Below, in pieces: positions 1 through 11,865 of a stretch of 64,000 nt of DNA. A model generated the notes under the pieces. It was not told where the DNA came from. It ran no database searches and saw only the letters and a list, made by a program, of their open reading frames with translations. Numbering within the stretch: the first letter of the stretch is position 1; each line of letters opens with the position of its first letter. The stretch is taken from assembly GCA_037379345.1 (NCBI GenBank), contig CM074519.1, forward strand, positions 22,284,103 to 22,348,102, written 5' to 3'. Both the position numbers and the translations under genes were made by a program. The stretch is from Perna viridis. Its lineage: Eukaryota.

Positions 1-70
1 ATACATTCTATATTATTTAAGTGTCATTAACTGAGTTATCTCCCTTAATTTTGAAATCAACAGTGTATTG

Positions 71-258
71 TAAAGGACACACCTCTTGCAAATAATTGGA
101 ACGTTTGTATTCGACTTTTTACATTAATCTCATGTAAGCATCAAAGTAACTTGGATCGATTTCATTCTGTTTCAGATAAAAGCTTGGTAGGCTTTGGTGT
201 AATAGAATATGGTATCACTGATTTCAAGATATAAATCCCTTACCCCACGTCTACCTAC
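71..258. mobile_element. Kolobok-like MITE copy (left end truncated)
   Basis: Same internal sequence as 40324-40534, 48475-48671 and 60592-60804. Right terminus GTCTACCTAC is followed by TTAA. Confidence 0.6.
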
Positions 259-342
259 TTAAAACAACGTAGCGTGCAACATCTTGTTAAATTCAATCGC
301 TGTAGAGTGGAGCGACAAAAAAGCTGAATACTTATAATTAAT

Positions 343-520
343 ACAGTGAAACCTTTCTAAATCGAATCCCTACGTAGACCAAAACCCTGTCTAAAGAAGA
401 CATCTTTAAAAATACTTTCACAACAATTATAATGTATTTTGAACCTTGGAAAATCAAATACATGTCTAACCGAACATACTATAGAGTCCAAAGAGGAGTT
501 AGTTCAGAATAGTTTCAATA
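343..520. mobile_element. Degenerate TA-flanked Tc1/mariner-like MITE
   Basis: Starts TACAGTGAAACC and has a decayed inverted end (GTTTCAATATG). A related copy lies at about 59598-59750 (TACCGTGAAATC...GGTTTTACTGTA). Confidence 0.4.
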
Positions 521-1002
521 TGCATGCATTGATTAAGTTTAAAATTTAAGGCTTGTCCCAAGTAAAAATCTAAAACGCACATTAACACACACAAGAAAGT
601 CAATTTTCGTTATTTCAATACATTCAATACTTTATAAGCTGAAACTTCCTATGTAGGTATATGTATATTATGCAGTTCAGGGCGACAGTCAATCTTTCAA
701 ATAATACTATTAAAATGTAATATTTAAAAAACGTCTACTAAAGATTCAAATCATTCAAACACTAAAACAATATAAACGTCAATAACCATCAGTAGAAGGT
801 CACATTTTTACAAGAACGCATTTCAAATCAAAGATAAATAATCTCAATATATCTATATCTTCTCTTGTTAATTAGTAGTCGTGGTAAGAGTCATGCGAAT
901 TATGAACTATGTGATACGCCCCCCCCCCCAAAAAAAAAGCTACACTTTATTCTTATCAACTATGTTGCTGTAATGGTCTTTATAATGAAATCCAATTTGC
1001 CT

Positions 1003-1375
1003 GCGCTTAGGAGATAATCAACTAGTAAATCCAACAGTTTATATAGTATTTCAGTGTCATGTTCTTTGTTGTGTATGTTTGTTTTTCATGTCTGGTCTTT
1101 GTCTCTGGATTACATTCTTTTAATTACCGCTATAACCTTGGTTCCTTTGATTACTCTTTGCAAGAGTAATCTCCCTTAATTTGAATTTCATAGTGCATTC
1201 CTTATAATTTATACCTCCTATGAAAAGGGGTTTTATGAAAACCAATACGTTAATTTCTATAATTTCTCTACTTCTTTTTACTATATCATTTTGAACAAAT
1301 ATCAAATGTAAAAATATGTAGGCTTTCCAACCACGAATCGCATTTCGCACGATTTTTAGCTGGAGTGCTACTTAA
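1003..1375. repeat. Dispersed repeat interrupted by a Penelope-like 3' tail fragment (about 1061-1158)
   Basis: Aligns by eye to about 41580-41815, which lacks the insert (TTCAGTGTCA|CTTACAGAGTTAC). A further fragment is at about 20-66. Confidence 0.6.
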
Positions 1376-1572
1376 TAACTTCATTTGATTACTCCAGTAG
1401 TCAAAGCAATGTTAATCGTAATGAATAAATATATGACTTGAAGAAACGTTTGCACTTTAGTTCATCTTCAACCAGTCTCTTTTTTCAGAAGATGTACTAT
1501 AAATGATCCTAGGTGTTATAAGAATCTCTGTTTTGTATTCCTTGTTAACTAATTCTAAATATGTGACCAGAA

Positions 1573-1804
1573 CTAAGGTATAGGATAGTTTTTGCAAATG
1601 AATATTAGAAGAACACTACAATCATTTTCAGACCACTGTCCATTGCATTGGTTTTTACTTTGAAATTCCGTAGAGAGACATCTTTCTATGCCACTAAAAT
1701 TCGTGGGTTGTGATGGAAACCAAAAGGCAAGTCAAGCTGGTTGCCATTCGTTAACTTGAATATTTCTCTTTCATTTTGGTTTGCACCTACCCACCAATCG
1801 AGTC
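1573..1804 (-). pseudogene. Terminal exon of a C-type lectin domain gene with a 1-nt frameshift
   Basis: After acceptor tttcag: LDWWVGANQNEREIFKLTNGNQLD / frameshift near 1730 / AFWFPSQPTNFSGIERCLSTEFQSKNQCNGQWSENDCSVLLIFICKNYPIP*. It has the CTLD hallmarks (WIGL-like, QPx, E-x-C, WND-like, F-I-C). No upstream exons were found. Confidence 0.75.
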
Positions 1805-2462
1805 CTGAAACAGTAAAATATTGTTATAATAAAAAAAGATACGGAGAAACAACATTAACACTAACACTTAGGTAACCGTCCACATAAAATGCAGACACTG
1901 CTAATAGAAAAATGATTCCTGTCTATATGTGCTATGTTTTTGCATACCGATAATCATATCTGTATTCAAATCTGTATTTTTGAGAAAACAATACACCAAG
2001 AACCATAACTTTTGCAAAATGTAAATTTTATGTACAATCGATATAATTTTTATCCAAAAGTACAAGAACCAAATGAAAAACTAAGACTAATTATGTGATC
2101 TGAAACTTGTTCTGAACAAGAAATTAAACAGAATTCAGTGTTTTTTTGACACGCAGAGATAAGTTCCTGTCTGATTTTTTTATAAAGACTACTACTTAAT
2201 TAGTTGGTATGATAATTGCAATACATGTATATATTGGATGAGAGTTATTTTTTCCTTGAAACTATAAAGAAAAAATAAATGATTTGTAATTCATAACTAA
2301 TAAGAAAGAATACATCGATAAATAAGTTGTTATGAAATAGCAGAAGCACGCCATTTATGCAGGTACAATGGAATAAGAAGACATTTTCTTAATAATGATA
2401 ACACAAATAAAGCTGATATTTATATTATTTAAGTAAAATATAATAGATTCATAACGAATTAA

Positions 2463-2632
2463 GAAGGTAGTCCTAAGGTAAGGAAAATAACTCTTGAAAT
2501 CAGTGATATGTCTGTATTATATTCAATTTCACCAAAGCCTATCGAGCTTTCATTTGAAACAGAAAGAATTCAGTCCATGTTGTTTGACGCTTACATGTGA
2601 TAGGGTTGTGTCCCATTTTCTAGGTCTACCCC
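2463..2632. mobile_element. Kolobok-like MITE copy (internally deleted)
   Basis: TTAA|GAAGGTAGTCC ... TAGGTCTACCCC, with an internal sequence shared with 40324-40534 and 48475-48671. Confidence 0.6.
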
Positions 2633-3289
2633 AACAATTAATATTTTATATTATACATCTTACTTAAATTTCTGATTTCCTTAGTTATAGCTAGTTGCTT
2701 TTCATTGCTATCTAGAACTACCAATATTTCATTCTGATTTTCACATGTCTTTTTAGCATGACTCTATGACAGTCTAATAGTGGACAACTGTATACATGTT
2801 CTCAGACCCATCATGTACAAGTAACAAGTAGACGGACAGGCTTAGATTGATAAATATATAAATGATGATGAAAAAGCATCTTTAAAATCTACAAGGATGC
2901 ACACTGCATACAATTTAGCTTTTTCACAGTATAAACAATCCAAATAGCTCATCAAGCAAGACTTATACTGATATAAATATCTCGTTCGAACCGAACTGCC
3001 AAACTCAGAAACTTAACTACTCTTGAACGTCGATGTATCTCTCTGCACCATGAGAACCTATATGTTCTTCGTTTCATAATTTTCCTTTACTCTTTCGTCT
3101 ATACCGGACTTGAATTTTCGTACGCAACTCGGTGGGTGTTTCTAGAAAAGCAGAGGATGTTTGTCATACCGGTCCATGCTCTTAGTTTTACGTACAGCCC
3201 CTGGAATGCGTTGTTTTGATTTCAATGGAATCCTGATTGGCTTCATTACTCTTTTAATTGTGTTCACACAATTTCTTTTTAAATTAAAG

Positions 3290-4780
3290 ATAAATACAGG
3301 TCAATTAAATAATTTATTCAAAATCAATATCAATACAAATAGAGAAATCATCTTTGAGTGATATTACACTGTCAGTTCGGTAGGTTTTTGTCATGCATGT
3401 TTCTAATTTTTCGATAATGCTTAAATCTCCCCTAACCGGAAGGACCATATTTGAATAAAGAGTTTTTGCAAGAATAGTTGTTATAGCCTTGATGTCCTCA
3501 ATCTCGAGGTTCTGCAATAACCATTTATAATTGAAAATTTTGGATGCAATAGGTAAAGTATAGTAATATGAAATGATCGGTATTGATTTGTCCCTGAAAT
3601 ATGGGGGACTTATGTTGCTTAAAGTTTTGTGATAGAGGATGTTAGTCAAATTAATTGCATCTATACCTTTGTTGACAACAAACGGTAGTGGAAGAAATGA
3701 TCACTTTTCTCTATCTTGATCTTCTACACAAACTGGTTTAAAGAGTTTGTGGAAACAAAAATGATGGCAACAAGTCTGTATAATGGCGAGGTAGATCCAG
3801 ATATAGGAGTGTCAAGACTTGTTTTGTAAAGGGAGTGTGGTAGAGTGAGATGTATAGAATAGAGTATAGTTTGAATGTTATGAAGTCCAAGAGGTTTTGT
3901 ATGAGAGGATGAAAACCATCTATGGAGACATCATGTATTTCGGTGACGTATAGTGGCGATAGCCATGACTCCTTTTCCGTCTTGGATTTTTGTCAAATAA
4001 ATTCCTCACATTTATGCTATTGTTTTATTGGCTTGAAAGCTTTCCTATACTTTTGATGTTGTCATTGCACCCGTAGAGTATTGCTGAACCTAGTCTACGT
4101 ATCCAGTATTTCTCATTTTCCCGACGATAGCCTTTACTTATGACGGGACAATTCGTTGGGTGGTAATTATTTTTGGAGAGTACGAACTTTCATAGAATGA
4201 TCTTGTTGATTAAAATTTTGATATACTGTCGGGAATATGTTGGTATTGATTCCGGAACTATAACAGCACATTCGTTTGTTTAATCGTTCTTGTGATTCAC
4301 TGACATATACTAGACCACATGAATCGCATATTAATCCATATATTAATATTGAATTTGTCGTTTTGCAACTTAAGTCATTGTTACTTCTTGAGTTATAGGT
4401 TTTGTTCGTAAGGGTACTAGTGAAGAAAGACTCAGTTATTAGAATGTTGCCTGCTTTTAATACCAAATTTTGATATAGCACGTTGTGGTTTGTCAACATT
4501 GTAGTCAAATATATCATTTAAAGTGATGGAAAATGGTTTGATTACGTTGAAAGAGTCTGAATTGTTGTACTGGAATAGATAGTCTGCAGACTGTGCGATT
4601 GGGTACGTTTTGTTGGAATTGTCGGAGCAACATCAATTCCAGATGTGAGTGTGCTAGGATTCCCATCTGGGGACATCATAGTCTAACAAGACAACAGTGT
4701 GTCCGTTGTATTGTCAGATTCGGACTTTTTTTGTACCGGGTGACGTCCGAGCCAGATTTGATTCATTCCTCTTGTTAAAA
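3290..4780 (-). mobile_element. Degenerate Penelope-like retroelement, 5' half with N-terminal GIY-YIG endonuclease (Naiad-type)
   Basis: ORF 4167-4517 contains LSCKTTNSILIYGLICDSCGLVYVSES (GIY-YIG with CxxC). Downstream are YGCNDNIKSIG, RRKRSHGYRHY and PPYFRDKSIPIISYYYTLPIASKIFNYK (ORF 3314-3649), so the endonuclease precedes the RT-proximal linker. Multiple frameshifts and stops. Confidence 0.8.
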
Positions 4781-6018
4781 CCATTAATTACAGTACTGGG
4801 CTGATGATACCTTCGGGAACAAAATCCACCAGCAGCGGCAGAATCAAGGAGACCAAGATTCTAGCACATATGGAAAGAAGGTAATCCAGGGACATAGACC
4901 TGACATAGAAAACAGACAATCACAACACAGAACATAAAATAACTAAATAATACATACAAAGTAACAAAAGTAAATGAGCAACTCGGACTGCACTAAAAAC
5001 TGGGAGCATGGACCAGGTGCTCCGATGGGGTAAACGTCCTCTGCTTTTCTAGAAACATCCGCAGAGTTGCTCATGAAAAGTCAATTCCGGGGTTGAGTGT
5101 TAGTTGTTGTGTTTTATTTTATGTATATTGTTTAGGTCTGCTCATTATTTCTGGATTGTGGATAAACTATTCTCTTTCTAGTTGTAACCATGGATACCTT
5201 GTTTTGCTTTAAAGGCATGATTCTCTCTTTTATCTTTGATCTCAGCTTAAGTGCTTGTTTTGTTATGTAAAATTAATATTTTAGTACATGTAGATTAAGT
5301 ATGCAGACTGTGCGATTGGGTACGTTTTGTTGGAATTGTCGGAGCAACATCAATTCCAGATGTGAGTGTGCTAGGATTCCCATCTGGGGACATCATAGTC
5401 TAACAAGACAACAGTGTGTCCGTTGTATTGTCAGATTCGGACTTTTTTTGTACCGGGTGACGTCCGAGCCAGATTTGATTCATTCCTCTTGTTAAAACCA
5501 TTAATTACAGTACTGGGCTGATGATACCTTCGGGAACAAAATCCACCAGCAGCGGCAGAATCAAGGAGACCAAGATTCTAGCACATATGGAAAGAAGGTA
5601 ATCCAGGGACATAGACCTGACATAGAAAACAGACAATCACAACACAGAACATAAAATAACTAAATAATACATACAAAGTAACAAAAGTAAATGAGCAACT
5701 CGGACTGCACTAAAAACTGGGAGCATGGACCAGGTGCTCCGATGGGGTAAACGTCCTCTGCTTTTCTAGAAACATCCGCAGAGTTGCTCATGAAAAGTCA
5801 ATTCCGGGGTTGAGTGTTAGTTGTTGTGTTTTATTGTATGTATATTGTTTAGGTCTGCTCATTATTTCTGGATTGTGGATAAACTATTCTCTTTCTAGTT
5901 GTAACCATGGATACCTTGTTTTGCTTTAAAGGCATGATTCTCTCTTTTATCTTTGATCTCAGCTTAAGTGCTTGTTTTGTTATGTAAAATTAATATTTTA
6001 GTACATGTAGATTAAGTA
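4585..6018. repeat. Near-identical 717-bp direct tandem duplication (4585-5301 / 5302-6018)
   Basis: Both units begin TGCAGACTGTGCGATTGGG and give identical ORF translations (4593.. and 5301..). I found only one mismatch by eye. Confidence 0.95.
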
Positions 6019-7046
6019 TGAAGTAAAGAATTGCAATACTAAATATACTCTTTATCGGTTTGAAGTTTTATTGATATTTTTCAAACCTTATCTTTTAACT
6101 GTGTAGGTAAGATAAACAAAAAGCTACATACAATGCAAAAGAAACCCTGAAATATCAAGGTAAAAAAAACGAATTACCGACGACGATGGCAAGTAAACCT
6201 GATTTCAACGAAAACACAATTAACATTAGTAGTAATTATATAGTGTTGAAAAATAAATATGTTCCATCAATCGATTATTCCTTGATATAATTTGCTATAA
6301 GCGTATGGGGTGAGGTAGAAGGACACAAATGTAAGGTTAGATGATATATTTTGTTACACATATCGATGAAAAAAGTCTTAAATGGGCTCAGTGATAATGC
6401 TTTGGCTTTTTATTCTTTAAGTCGTTGTTTAGATAATCACAGGAACGAAGATTAAAGGGGTAATCAAAATAACTCGTACAAATGAGCAACATTGACACCA
6501 CAAAAATAGGAAGCATGGACCAGGTTGAGTTGTCAGGAAAGAAACCATCTGTTTCCCATTTTCAATTCGATTATCATGCCAATATAAATTGTCAAAGTGA
6601 AAGGGTATTTTATTTTACTTTTGTATCGTATTAATTTTAAAATTAGAAGAAAAAAAAACTGTTAATGGACAAAATAACTCTGCTATTTCAATTTCAAAGT
6701 TTTTTTTTATTTTCCTTTTCGTTCAAATCCTGTATCTTTTTTTTATGATGTGACTGGTCCCATATTTGAATTCATTTCTAAGAACAAAAGCCCGTGTCAG
6801 TCACGATGTGTCCACTTATTAGTTAATGGTTTTGAACTTTTCCTTATATTTTACACGAAACCATTAAAGATGATTATAACATTCCTTGTTGTTTTACATT
6901 ACAAATACCACGTGTGAATAATTTGGAATTTAATAATGTTTCCTTAAAAAAACGAGTCAGTCAAGTTATGTCCGCTAGTTGTTATCAACTATTTACCCTG
7001 CAACATTTCCCTATAGTTTACATGAGACCATCAGTTAAAAGATCAG

Positions 7047-7053
7047 TATAAAA
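7047..7053 (+). promoter_or_regulatory. TATA box of WAP-pacifastin gene A
   Basis: TATAAAA about 105 nt upstream of the ATG at 7153. The homologous position in copy B reads TAGAAAG (27356-27362). Confidence 0.55.
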
Positions 7054-7152
7054 CTGTCCGTTGTTTAACAGTAAACTACTACGTACAAAAATATACGAGT
7101 TTAATTTTGAAACTTTTCATTACATAGAAGATTTTAGTTGTAAAGGAGCGTG

Positions 7153-10100
7153 ATGAATATGTTCTTTGCAATAGTTGCCGCCATACTTTTAGTTAGGGTA
7201 AGTAACTCAATACTGGTAATTTTGTTGTATAAAAAGCAAGTTCTCTCAAAAGTATCATGATTCAAAAGAAACAATAAAACTTTCAAGTTACAAAATATCG
7301 TTCAAAAAACGATATTTTCAAGGCGTTGCAAAACGTATTAAAATGATGCAACATGTTTCCATCAGTTAACGTGATTTTGCAGTTTATTTGTTTTGTAAAT
7401 ACACGAATGAACACAAAAGTTATTTTACATATTGCGAAATTTACCATGTTATCAAAGATTTTGCCGATTGATGATGAACATAGTGTGCATAATTATTAGT
7501 TGTAGCAATGCATTGTTGGATAAGGTATCCTATATAACAACTTACTAGAAAACTGTTCAATAATTATACAAATTTAAATCTTACCAACAAAAGAAATTTG
7601 TAGAGTATGTGGTATAATATCATATTTCCATATTTTAACATTATGACTTGCATATCTGATAGGTCGAGGCAACACCACCTAAAAAAGGCAATTGCCCTTC
7701 TATAAATTCAGGAACGAAATGTGACTGCCATCCTGGGCTTCCGCTATGTATAACGGATTACAATTGCAAAGGGAGTAAGTATGATTAAGGTTTTGTTTGA
7801 AAGATTGAAAGAGTAATCAAGGGAACCAAGTTTCTAGCGGTAATCAAAGAATGTAATCCAGGGGCAACGACACGACATGGAAAGCAGACATAAACAACAA
7901 AGATATAAAGTAAATAAGATAATACATACAAAGCGACAAAAGCAAATGAGCAACTTGGACTCAACTAAAAACTGGGAGCAAGGACCAGATGCACTTGTAG
8001 GATAAGGTCCTCTACTTTTCTAGAAACACTCGCCGAGGTGCTCGTAAAAAAATCAGGGGTAGACGAAATAGGATAGGAAAACTATGACCCGTTGAACAAA
8101 TCAGTTTTCATAGCGCCAATGGATACACCGTAACGATTCACAAGTTCATGATTGTGACCATAAAACTTCTGTAGTGATCACTTCAATCTTGTAGCAACAT
8201 AATTCTCTTCCAGATGCCTACTTGTTAGAAGTCTGGCGCGATACAAAAAGTCTGCGTAGTTTCGGCAAACTCTTGCATAACGTTTGAATTGTGATATGAA
8301 CACTCCATACTCAGGTTCTGAAGGGATGTTGCCACACATGAAAGGAAAGTGAACAATTTTGAATGAAAAGTAATTACGTTTGTCGTAAAGTTTGATCAAT
8401 AGTTTTCCATTATCATCGATTTCTATGTGTAGGTCAAGATATGAGGCTGACTTCCCAGTGTCTCTAGTATTCTTTATCTAAAATTCTTTGGGGTAGCTGC
8501 GATGTATCAAATTAGGATTTATTAAAGATAATACGTCATTTATATATCGGAAACTGAGATTTAAGGATCTAGCTAAACGATATGCTTTCTTTCGGATCAA
8601 AGAAGTCAGCCTCATAATAGTGAAAGTATTGGAATGTCGACATTTTGCCGACAAACGCGTCCACCATACTGGACAATTGTCGATAAAAAAATTCTAGCAT
8701 TTTGTAAACATCTTCTGTATATTTGAAAGATGATTTGGAATCTCTACCAAGAACAATATATTTGTATCTAGGTGTACCATTTTTTAAATAACAATGTATA
8801 ATGTTTTAGTGGGGATTTTGAGTGAGTATGGGAAATAGAATTATACAGTGTTGAGAAAATAACAGGTTATAATGCTATTATATTCTGATAATAGTTTTGA
8901 ACTGATGGTCTCCAGAAGCCCTTTCGAAATTTTCAGGATCTACATTGAATTAGTACCACTACGGGAGTAACACGTGTTGTGGTAGGACTGCAGACCTTCT
9001 TTGACAGCTGTAAATATTGAAGTTAAAGGTTTCAAAGAGGTTTGTTGGTACATTTTGCAGATCCAGCTATTAACGTTATTTGTATGGATATTTGTGGAGC
9101 TTTTGAGAGTATGGTAGCAATTGAGATATTATTACTTATATTATTTTCAACGTCTACCTCTGATAGTAAACATCGGATTTAAAATGTTTTGCAGACAAAA
9201 CAATGTAGTTTGGGCATCTGTCTGCTGGTACGACAACATATTTGTCATGTATTGTAGACAATGTTTTTGCTACATCGGAGTCTTTGAAAACTGATGTGGT
9301 ATTGGCAATAATTGACTTATTTAAAACTTTCTCACGTCCTTTACCCACTCTAACAGAGAACCAATGTCTTGTTCTCATTGTATCCATTTTCTTGCATATT
9401 CTTCCACGGCATCCATAAGAACTTTGAAGTTATAATTCCAATTTATGGAGCGCAGTTCACGGTACTTGGGACCTTTAGAAAAGATATTACTTGAACGAAT
9501 AATCAAGGGAACCAAGGTTATAGCGGTAATCAAAAGAATGTAATCCAGGGACAAAGACCAGACATGGAAAACAGACGAAAACATGAAATGACGTCATAGC
9601 CAAACAATATCGGAAAAACGTACTTCAGATGCCAGTCCTTGATATGATTGAATACAAATACTTTAGAAATTAAGTCGTCCTCATCGTAATTAATTTTTTT
9701 GAAATTCAGTAATTTCTTTTCTGAATAATATTTTATTTTTAGTTTGAGTTCTTGGGAAATACTTCATTGCTTTTCATTGTATTTACTTTTATTGTCTTTG
9801 AAAATTTGAACCCTATCTTATACTTGTAATAAGTTAAAATGGTTGTTTCATAACTCATCATTTCGCTTATTTATCAATTTAATACGAACGTGATATCCAA
9901 TGGAAGTATTTGTAGATATGAAGAGAAATTACAATCTATTGTATCTAGCAAAAAAGGTAGTCTGAATTTTGGAGAAAGTATATCATTGAAGTATGTATAT
10001 TGAATTGCTGACAAATGAGCGTAGTTTTATCATTTTGTTTGGATAAATAATTTGAATTATTTGAAAATCATTACTACTTATGCTGATTGTTTATAGTTTA

Positions 10101-11828
10101 GTTTTGCTTGTGCTTTCATATATTAGCTATCCCAATTATGTGCGATTCCGCTTTCTATGCTGCAAAAGTTGACTGTAAAATCGATAAAAATCAAATGCAA
10201 ATGTACAATATTTTTGTTTATATTTCACTGTTTTCTGTTATCAACATATTATGGTTATTTAAGCTGAGAAATGCTGTCCAATGCCATGCAACTGCATGAA
10301 AAGGTGTGTACCTCCCGGAGGTAAGTCCAAATTAAACATGAAATAAAACATACATATGGTAGATGCATGGTTATGTCTGATTTAGTCAACCCTAATAAGA
10401 TAAATAGCAAATCCTTNNNNNNNNNNNNNNNNNNNNNNNNNNNNNNNNNNNNNNNNNNNNNNNNNNNNNNNNNNNNNNNNNNNNNNNNNNNNNNNNNNNN
10501 NNNNNNNNNNNNNNNNNNNNNNNNNNNNNNNNNNNNNNNNNNNNNNNNNNNNNNNNNNNNNNNNNNNNNNNNNNNNNNNNNNNNNNNNGCATATAAAGAA
10601 TAGTATGTTGTTATAACCGACTGCTTGTTTCCAATGCAATACAGTAAGCGGATTGGCAAAATAATTGCAGTTTTTTGTCCTTGGAAAATGCTCATGAATA
10701 AATAACCTGCATAACTCAATGTCCGTTGGCAGGTAGTGTTCATTACACGATTCATCTTATTTGTAATTGATTCTTTCCAGTCAAAATTCGAAATATATAT
10801 GAATTGTTCATCTGGCAATAACAAATGCACCGATTCTCTGCAAAAGGATGACGGTTCATCTATACGGATCATGACATATCGACATATGACAATATATATA
10901 GTTGTTTTTTTTTAAATTCAACAAACACTCAGTCATTGCTGCTGATGGTGGATATAAGTTCTCCGAGGGTATTAACCATCCCAGTAGTGTAAGCAGAATT
11001 TCCATAAGATTTTACTCATCATATTAATCAAAATTTTAAATATTACATGTACAGATAAGTTTCAAAATAGTTAAAACACTGAGGCTTCATTTTAGGTATT
11101 GCACATGAGTACATGGTAGAACCTCTCGCTTTCTATTACAATAGTATTGGTTTTACGTCTCAGAATGTGACGACACTATTCGCTATACTGCTCCATCGGA
11201 TCATATTGATACAGGGAAAATATATAAACGTATAGAAAGGTCTGAAAACGATTCCCAACGATGTTAGAAATGTCAAATTTGTGATGCAAAGTTTTGGTCG
11301 TTCCCTCCGCGGGACTCGAACTTGTACGGCTGTGACATCTATAGCAACACCGCCTGCACAAAGTCCAGCGTCCTAGACCACTCGGCCAGCTAGGCTATAT
11401 AAAAATATAGCTCTTGCTGGCCAGGTAATTCCTCCTAGTAGGGTTTATCTAGGGCTGTAACTTGGTACTCGATGTATGGTAGTACGGGACAGTTCTGAGA
11501 AAGGTCTGAAAAATTCCCAATGATGTTAGAACAAAAATTTGGTTTTACGTCTCAGAATGTGACGACTCTATTCTCTACACTGCTCCATCGGATCAAATTG
11601 ATACAGGGAAGATAACGTAAACTTATAGAAGGGTCTGAAAAATTCCCAAGGATGTTAGAACTGTCAAATATAGCCTAGTTGGCCGAGTGGTCTGGGGCGC
11701 TGGACTTAGTGCAGGCGGTGTTGCCATAGATGTTACAGCAGTACGAGTTCGAGTCCCGCGGAGGGAACGACAAAAATTTGCTTCGCAAATTTGACAGTTC
11801 TAACATTGTTGGGAATTTTTCATACCCT

Positions 11829-11865
<37 letters not shown>

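Noticed and set aside
4793-4840. CTGATGA motif (also about 5510-5557, reverse copy about 10935-10990, fragment about 16633-16652) as a hammerhead ribozyme or SECIS
   Set aside because: No GAAA core follows a stem II, and the copies are truncated so no complete SECIS stem can be drawn. Treated as a repeat fragment.
10255-10872. ORFs spanning N-runs (also 14896-15169 and 28578-28888)
   Set aside because: They are open only because Ns contain no stop codons.
11673-11765. Genuine tRNA-Leu/Ser gene
   Set aside because: A and B boxes are present, but there is no paired acceptor stem, the central region is oversized, and it continues into a repeated tail.
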